A stretch of 64,000 nucleotides of DNA, taken from Flavobacteriaceae bacterium. GTDB taxonomy: Bacteria > Bacteroidota > Bacteroidia > Flavobacteriales > Flavobacteriaceae. Shown here piece after piece: positions 57,609-64,000 of this stretch (position 1 is its first letter; every line of letters begins with the position of its first letter). The position numbers and the translations under genes were made by a program. The DNA is taken from NCBI GenBank assembly GCA_021648265.1, contig JAKITD010000005.1, positions 740-64,739 of the forward strand, written 5' to 3'. The notes under the pieces were generated by a model that was not told the origin of the DNA, made no database searches, and was given only the letters and a program-made list of their open reading frames with translations.

Positions 57609-60059
57609 TTGAATAAACTATTTAGCATAGGATTTTGGAGCGCCTTAGCGCGTTTTATATTAAGAAATCGCATCTTTCTATTAATTGTTATTGCAGGAAT
57701 TACCGTTCTTTTGGCTTTGCAATGGAAAAACATGCGATTTTCTACAACCGAAGCAAATTTACTTCCAGACGATCACGAGATAAATTTAGAGTACAAGGAG
57801 TTTTTAAAACATTTTGGCGAAGAAGGAAATGTAATCGTTATCGGTGTTAAAGACTCAACCCTTTTTACACCCAAAAACTTTGTTGCCTGGAATAATCTTT
57901 CAAAAAAAATACAGCAATACAAAGAAATAGACTTTACAATTTCAGTAGGCAATCTATTAAAACTTGAAAAAAGAGAAGACACCACTGCTTTTAGATTGGT
58001 TCCTTTTATTAGTGATACCATCTTTACAAACGAGTCTCTCAGCAAATACAAAGACGAACTTTTTAATAAACTCCCTATTTATGAAGGCTTGATTTATAGC
58101 CCAAATAAAAAGTCGATTCGTACTGCCATTTATATGAATAAGGGTATTATTAACACCCCTATAAGACCTGCTTTTGTAATTAACAACTTAATACCATTAA
58201 TAGAAGAATTTGAAAAAGAAACAGGTATAAAAGTCCACGCCTCTGGTATGCCATACATCCGTACGCTTAATGCTAAAAGTATTATCGACGAAATAGGTAT
58301 GTTTATTGGTGCTGCATTATTAGTAACATCATTATTGTTTTATTTCTTTTTTAGATCTTTTAGAGCCACATTAATTTCAATGTTTACCGTAATTATTGGT
58401 GTAATGTGGGCATTTGGTATTTTAGGATTGCTACAGTATGAAATTACCGTACTTACCGCTTTAATTCCCCCTTTAATTATTGTTATTGGTATTCCTAATT
58501 GTATATTTCTTATCAATAAATACCAGCAAGAAATTAAGCTTCACGGTAATAAAGCAAAGTCGCTACAGCGAGTTATTGCAAAGGTCGGGAACGCAACTTT
58601 AATGACCAATTTAACAACGGCTTCTGGCTTTGCAACTTTTATTTTAACCAATAGCAAACTGTTATCTGAATTTGGTGTGGTAGCTTCCATTAACATTATT
58701 GCTATATTTTTATTAAGCCTTTTTATTATTCCGATTATTTATAGTTTTATGCCTCCCCCTAAGGAAAAACATTTAAAACATTTAGGTAAAAAGTGGATAA
58801 CTTCGTTTGTAGATTGGACAGAACGAATGGTGAAAAACCATCGAGTTGGCATTTATATAACCTCTGTAGCCTTACTTTGTGTTAGTATTATTGGAATGTA
58901 TAATATTGGAATTTCAGGAAGTATTATTGAAGACATGCCTAAGAAAACTGGTTTTTTTGAAGATATAAAATTCTTTGAAAAAGAGTTTGAAGGTATTATG
59001 CCTTTAGAAGTAATGATAGATACCAAACGCAAAAAAGGAGTAATGAGTCTTGCTACATTGAAACGAATGGATAAGTTACAGAACTTTATGCACGAAATTC
59101 CGGAGCTATCAAAACCTTTATCGGTAGTTGAATTGGTGAAATTTTCGAAACAAGCTTATTATAATAACAATCCAGAATACTACCAATTACCCAATAGTCA
59201 AGAACGTACTTTTTTACTTTCGTATGCTAAAAATAGTGTAAACAATACTCGTTTTTTAGATAATTATGTAGATAGTACAGGACAATACGCACGAATCACC
59301 ACTTTTATAAAAGACACAGACACCAAACGATTTGATAGAATAGAAGACGATATAAAGACTGAAATTAATAAAATATTTCCGCCCGAAAGATATACTGTTT
59401 TACTTACTGGAAAGGCATTAACATTTCAAAAAGGAACTCGATATTTGGTTAATAATTTAGTTTTGTCTTTATCTCTAGCCATATTTTTAATCGCTCTTTT
59501 TATGGCTTGGATGTTCCGAAGTTTTAAAATGATATTAATTTCGTTGATTCCAAATTTACTTCCGTTAATAATCACAGCAGGACTTATGGGCTTTATGGGA
59601 GTTCCTATAAAACCATCAACGATATTGGTATTTAGTATAGCCTTCGGAATATCGGTAGATGACACCATACACTTTTTAGCAAAATACCGACAAGAATTAA
59701 TAGCTAATCATTGGAAGATTAGAAAGTCCGTTTACGCCGCATTAAGAGAAACAGGAGTAAGTATGTTTTATACTTCTATCGTGTTATTTTTTGGATTTTC
59801 GGTGTTTTCAATTTCAAGTTTTGGCGGAACGGTAGCCTTAGGAATTTTAGTTTCCATTACCTTATTATTTGCAATGTTATCTAATTTACTATTACTTCCT
59901 TCCTTATTATTATCGCTAGAACGAAGTATTGCAAATAAAGAAACCTTAAAAAAACCAACCTTACAAATATTATCAGATACAGAAATTGAAGAAGAAGAAG
60001 AAGAAGAAGAAGAAGAAGAAGATAATGATGATGATGATGACAAAGAGAGGAAAAATTAA
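57609..60059 (+). CDS. MMPL/RND-family transporter with poly-acidic tail
   Basis: Two TM bundles, IGIPNCIF, FGISVDDTIHF, periplasmic loops; TACCTTTG box at 57555. Confidence 0.85.
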   Translation: MNKLFSIGFWSALARFILRNRIFLLIVIAGITVLLALQWKNMRFSTTEANLLPDDHEINLEYKEFLKHFGEEGNVIVIGVKDSTLFTPKNFVAWNNLSKKIQQYKEIDFTISVGNLLKLEKREDTTAFRLVPFISDTIFTNESLSKYKDELFNKLPIYEGLIYSPNKKSIRTAIYMNKGIINTPIRPAFVINNLIPLIEEFEKETGIKVHASGMPYIRTLNAKSIIDEIGMFIGAALLVTSLLFYFFFRSFRATLISMFTVIIGVMWAFGILGLLQYEITVLTALIPPLIIVIGIPNCIFLINKYQQEIKLHGNKAKSLQRVIAKVGNATLMTNLTTASGFATFILTNSKLLSEFGVVASINIIAIFLLSLFIIPIIYSFMPPPKEKHLKHLGKKWITSFVDWTERMVKNHRVGIYITSVALLCVSIIGMYNIGISGSIIEDMPKKTGFFEDIKFFEKEFEGIMPLEVMIDTKRKKGVMSLATLKRMDKLQNFMHEIPELSKPLSVVELVKFSKQAYYNNNPEYYQLPNSQERTFLLSYAKNSVNNTRFLDNYVDSTGQYARITTFIKDTDTKRFDRIEDDIKTEINKIFPPERYTVLLTGKALTFQKGTRYLVNNLVLSLSLAIFLIALFMAWMFRSFKMILISLIPNLLPLIITAGLMGFMGVPIKPSTILVFSIAFGISVDDTIHFLAKYRQELIANHWKIRKSVYAALRETGVSMFYTSIVLFFGFSVFSISSFGGTVALGILVSITLLFAMLSNLLLLPSLLLSLERSIANKETLKKPTLQILSDTEIEEEEEEEEEEEDNDDDDDKERKN
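59988..60041 (+). repeat. (GAA)11 plus GAT-rich microsatellite encoding E11-DNDDDDD
   Basis: gaa x11 at 59988-60020, then gat aat gat gat gat gat gac. Confidence 0.95.
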
Positions 60060-60116
60060 AATCCTTCCCTTTGGCTTTTATAGACTAAAAAGTATTTTTT
60101 ATCAATCAAAAAAACA

Positions 60117-61562
60117 ATGATGCAACAAAACAGAATTATAGATTTATTAGAAACCAAGCCCTCTCCTATCGAAATTAGTATAAAAGGATGGGTTCGTGCT
60201 TTTAGAAGCAACCGCTTTATCGCTTTAAATGATGGTTCTACTATTAAAAATTTACAATGTGTAGTGGATTTTGAAAACTTTGAAGAAACCCTTCTAAAAA
60301 AAATTACAGTGGGTGCGGCCATTCATGTATTTGGTAATTTAGTAGAAAGCCAAGGACAAGGACAAAAAGTTGAAATACAAGTTTCAAAAGTTGAAATTCT
60401 TGGGGAAGCAGATCCAGAAGAAGTGAAATTAACTATCATTTCACCAAAACGTCATAGTCTTGAAAAATTAAGAGAAGAAGCACATTTACGTATTAGAACC
60501 AACACTTTTAGTGCTGTGATGCGAACGCGTTCTAAACTATCTTTTGCTGTACATAAATACTTTCAGGAAAACGGATTTAATTATATGCACACACCAATTA
60601 TTACGGGTAGTGATGCAGAAGGCGCTGGCGAAATGTTTCGTGTTTCAGCCTTAGATCCAAAAAATCCACCATTAGACGAAAACGGAAATATAGATTACAA
60701 ACAGGATTTCTTCGAAAAAGAAACCAATCTTACCGTTAGTGGGCAATTAGAAGGTGAAACCTACGCAATGGCATTGGGTAAAATTTACACTTTTGGACCT
60801 ACTTTTAGAGCCGAAAACTCAAATACCTCTCGTCATCTAGCAGAATTTTGGATGATTGAACCAGAGGTGGCATTCAATAACCTAGATCAGAATATGGATT
60901 TAGCCGAAGACTTTATCAAGTATGTAATTAAATACGCATTGGATAACTGTAAAGACGACTTAGAATTTCTTGAAAACAGACTATTACAAGAAGAAAAGAG
61001 CAAACCTCAAGCCGAACGTAGCGAAATGCCATTACGTGATAAATTGGAATTTATAGGTGAAAATAATTTTAAGCGTGTTAGTTATACCGAAGCAATTGAT
61101 ATTCTTAGAAATTGTAAACCGAATAAAAAGAAGAAATTCAAATACCTTATCAACGAATGGGGAGTAGATTTACAGAGTGAACACGAACGTTTTTTAGTCG
61201 AAAAACACTTTAAATGTCCAGTTATATTATTTGATTATCCAGCAAATATTAAAGCATTTTATATGCGCCTAAACGACGACGGAAAAACCGTTAGAGCAAT
61301 GGATGTATTGTTTCCTGGTATTGGCGAAATAGTTGGAGGGTCTGAACGAGAAGAACGGTATAATGTGCTAAAACAAAAAATGGCAGCTTTAGATATAGAC
61401 GAAAAAGAATTATATTGGTACTTAGATTTGCGGAAATTTGGAACCGCTACTCATAGTGGTTTCGGGCTTGGTTTTGAGCGTTTGGTGCAATTTGTTACAG
61501 GAATGGGGAATATTAGAGATGTAATACCTTATCCTAGAACTCCAGGAAATGCAAGTTTTTAA
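60117..61562 (+). CDS. asnS: Asparagine--tRNA ligase
   Basis: [43 protein letters not shown]. Confidence 0.97.
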   Translation: MMQQNRIIDLLETKPSPIEISIKGWVRAFRSNRFIALNDGSTIKNLQCVVDFENFEETLLKKITVGAAIHVFGNLVESQGQGQKVEIQVSKVEILGEADPEEVKLTIISPKRHSLEKLREEAHLRIRTNTFSAVMRTRSKLSFAVHKYFQENGFNYMHTPIITGSDAEGAGEMFRVSALDPKNPPLDENGNIDYKQDFFEKETNLTVSGQLEGETYAMALGKIYTFGPTFRAENSNTSRHLAEFWMIEPEVAFNNLDQNMDLAEDFIKYVIKYALDNCKDDLEFLENRLLQEEKSKPQAERSEMPLRDKLEFIGENNFKRVSYTEAIDILRNCKPNKKKKFKYLINEWGVDLQSEHERFLVEKHFKCPVILFDYPANIKAFYMRLNDDGKTVRAMDVLFPGIGEIVGGSEREERYNVLKQKMAALDIDEKELYWYLDLRKFGTATHSGFGLGFERLVQFVTGMGNIRDVIPYPRTPGNASF

Positions 61563-61747
61563 AATAATTTGCGTTATACATATATAGATTGTTTTTTTTA
61601 GAACATTCTAACAACTAAAATGATTAATTTATCCCAAGATTAATCATTTTTTTTATACATTTCTGAAAAAGAAAAGAATAAAGTATTCTACTCAAATAGT
61701 GATAAAATGTAGATTGTTTTTTTTATTTTTATATAATTAAAATTTTT

Positions 61748-63202
61748 ATGCTAAAACAACAACTTAATTTTAAGCTTTCGCAAAAACTTTCTCCTCAACA
61801 AATACAGCTGATGAAGTTAATACAGCTTCCTACTCAAGCTTTTGAGCAACGTATCTCACAAGAAATTGAAGAAAACCCTGCTCTTGAAGGAGGTAAAGAA
61901 GAAAGTGATGAGCTTGATGATGAATTTAGCAATGAAGACGATTACACTGATGACAGCGAACACATAGAAACCGAAATTAATATTGATGAATATTTAAGTG
62001 ATGACGAGACACCAAGCTATAAATTATCTGCCAATAATAGTAGCCCAGACGATGATGACAAACAAATACCCTATGCTTCTGGCACCTCGTTTAACCAATT
62101 TTTACTGCAACAATTAAGTACGTATCGTCTTAATGAAGAGGAAAAAGAGATTGCACGTTTTTTAGTAGGTAGTGTAGATGATGGAGGTTATATACGAAGA
62201 AATTTATTAGACATTGTTGATGATTTAGCTTTTACTCAAAATATTTTTACTTCAGAAGAAAAAGTGAAAAAAGTACTTAAACTTGTTCAGGAATTAGATC
62301 CTGTTGGTGTGGGTTCAAAAAACCTTCAAGAGTGTTTATTGCTTCAGTTGAAACGTAAAAAATCTACCGAATCTGTTTCAATAGCCATTCAGATAATTGA
62401 AAATTCCTTTGAACAATTTTCAAAAAAACATTATAAAAAATTACTTGTTAAACATTCTATTTCCGAAGACCAATTAAGAGCGGCTATTCACGAAATTGAA
62501 GGATTAAACCCTAGGCCTGGAGGTTCGTACTCAGGAAACACTAAAATAATAGAGCATATTGTTCCTGATTTTGCTATTAAAATTATCGAGGGAGAATTAG
62601 AACTTACCTTAAACGGAAGAAATGCTCCAGACCTCCATGTTTCTAGAGATTATAGTGAGATGTTAAAGGGTTATAAAGTTACCAAACAAAAAACGCAATC
62701 CCAAAAAGATGCAGTTCAATTTATTAAGCAAAAATTAGATGCTGCAAAATGGTTTATTGATGCTATAAAACAGCGTCAACAAACTTTATTTGTTACGATG
62801 AATTCTATTATGCACTATCAAAAAGAATATTTTTTAACAGGCGATGAGCAAAAGCTTAAACCTATGATTTTAAAAAATATTGCAGATGAAATCAACATGG
62901 ATATTTCAACGGTTTCACGAGTTGCTAACAGCAAATATGTAGATACTCCCTACGGAACAAAGTTAATTAAAGAGTTTTTTAGTGAATCAATGAAAAACGA
63001 TAAAGGAGAAGATGTTTCAACTAAAGAAATTAAAAGTATTTTAGAAATTATTGTTTCTGAAGAAGACAAAAAGAAACCATTAACAGACGACAAACTTGCC
63101 GATTTTTTGAAAGAAAAAGGATACCCTATAGCTCGTAGAACAATTGCAAAATATCGGGAACAATTAGGTATTCCTGTGGCTAGGCTTAGAAAAAAAATAT
63201 AA
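61748..63202 (+). CDS. rpoN: RNA polymerase sigma-54 factor
   Basis: Q/L-rich N-terminus, DISTVSRV, RpoN box ARRTIAKYRE. Confidence 0.97.
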   Translation: MLKQQLNFKLSQKLSPQQIQLMKLIQLPTQAFEQRISQEIEENPALEGGKEESDELDDEFSNEDDYTDDSEHIETEINIDEYLSDDETPSYKLSANNSSPDDDDKQIPYASGTSFNQFLLQQLSTYRLNEEEKEIARFLVGSVDDGGYIRRNLLDIVDDLAFTQNIFTSEEKVKKVLKLVQELDPVGVGSKNLQECLLLQLKRKKSTESVSIAIQIIENSFEQFSKKHYKKLLVKHSISEDQLRAAIHEIEGLNPRPGGSYSGNTKIIEHIVPDFAIKIIEGELELTLNGRNAPDLHVSRDYSEMLKGYKVTKQKTQSQKDAVQFIKQKLDAAKWFIDAIKQRQQTLFVTMNSIMHYQKEYFLTGDEQKLKPMILKNIADEINMDISTVSRVANSKYVDTPYGTKLIKEFFSESMKNDKGEDVSTKEIKSILEIIVSEEDKKKPLTDDKLADFLKEKGYPIARRTIAKYREQLGIPVARLRKKI

Positions 63203-63807
63203 TGAGGTTTTTCTTACGTATTGCTTCGTATTTATTTCATCCCTTATTAATTTCATTATTTGGGCTTATGTTTTATTATCTAATTACTCCACGTTATTTT
63301 GAACCTGAATTAATTAGAGCCAAATGCTATGCCGTCATTATTATTACCATTCTAATCCCATTAATTACTTTTTTTTTATTAAAAAATCTAAGAGTCGTTT
63401 CTAGTATTCATTTAAGGGAAGTAGGAGAGCGAAAATTTCCATTAATGATTCAAACATTATTGCTACTGGTAATTATTAAAATGGTGTTTAACTCATATTA
63501 TTCTCCCGAATTGTATTATTTTTTTGTGTCCGTTTTGTTTTCAACTATTGCCGCATTATTATTGGTTATTTTTGGATTTAAAGTGAGTTTACATCAAATG
63601 GGGATTGCAGGCTTAACAATGTTTGTAATTGCACTTAGCGTGCATTTTAATAAAAACATTCTTATTGAAATTGGTTTTTTGTTTTTTGCAAATGGTTGGG
63701 TAGCATCTTCTAGATTAGAAACTAAATCACATACCATTCCTGAATTAATTATTGGTTTATTTTTAGGTGTAATACCACAACTAGTTATGCTTAACTTTTG
63801 GTTATAA
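63202..63807 (+). CDS. Conserved multi-TM membrane protein (PAP2-like C-terminus)
   Basis: HPLL, KVSLHQMG, SSRLETKSHT..ELIIG. Confidence 0.7.
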   Translation: MRFFLRIASYLFHPLLISLFGLMFYYLITPRYFEPELIRAKCYAVIIITILIPLITFFLLKNLRVVSSIHLREVGERKFPLMIQTLLLLVIIKMVFNSYYSPELYYFFVSVLFSTIAALLLVIFGFKVSLHQMGIAGLTMFVIALSVHFNKNILIEIGFLFFANGWVASSRLETKSHTIPELIIGLFLGVIPQLVMLNFWL

Positions 63808-64000
63808 AATGTAGAAAATTAGCCCTAAGTTGATTCCGTTAAAATTTACTTGTTCACCTCCCTCTGTTATGGCATCTTCATTAAAATAAGGGTTTAAGTT
63901 ATACTTTACAAAAAGATTAAACTTACTATAACCTACACTTAAAGTTGTACTAAATCTTAAATTTTCAAACTCATTGATACTAGTATTAGTGATTTTTGTC
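63802..64000 (-). CDS. C-terminus of an outer-membrane beta-barrel (PorT/porin-like) protein, partial; missed by ORF track
   Basis: Open frame from the window end: ...FSTTLSVGYSKFNLFVKYNLNPYF...NLGLIFYIL*; its stop shares the palindrome ttataa with the convergent gene. Confidence 0.65.
   Translation of the reverse strand, partial: TKITNTSINEFENLRFSTTLSVGYSKFNLFVKYNLNPYFNEDAITEGGEQVNFNGINLGLIFYIL

Noticed and set aside
59768-60043. Serine-rich minus-strand ORF
   Set aside because: Antisense shadow of the GAA/GAT repeat in the MMPL gene

Overview
AT-rich chromosomal window from a Flavobacteriaceae-like (Bacteroidota) genome. This assignment rests on T9SS C-terminal sorting domains, TAnnTTTG -7 promoter boxes and the atpD-atpC pair standing apart from the other atp genes. 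Most of the window is conserved housekeeping DNA: tyrS 5' end, pyrC, hemD, pckA, leuS, ftsX, uppP, truB, panDC, glmS, atpDC, iaaA, polA, rplM-rpsI-rpsB-tsf-pyrH-frr, asnS and rpoN. There are two accessory blocks. The first (0.2-4.1 kb) holds an XRE regulator with a palindrome overlapping a promoter box, plus two T9SS cargo genes (an M43 protease and an LRR protein). The second (40.1-50.4 kb) is an uncharacterised biosynthetic/modification locus: a Pol-beta-type nucleotidyltransferase, two B12-dependent radical SAM enzymes, two class I methyltransferases, an ABC exporter, GT4, GT2 and a nucleoside phosphorylase. Inside that locus a GxxExxY (PD-(D/E)XK) nuclease gene sits in a 460-bp unit with TTAA ends, 11-bp terminal inverted repeats and inverted CACA(A/G)AG arrays; a solo array also occurs before truB. 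At least six other short palindromic or heptamer repeat families sit at gene junctions or in-frame inside LeuS, PolA and a lipoprotein signal peptide. One of them shows an 8-bp target-site-like duplication. No rRNA, tRNA or CRISPR array was seen. All family assignments come from motif recognition, not database searches.
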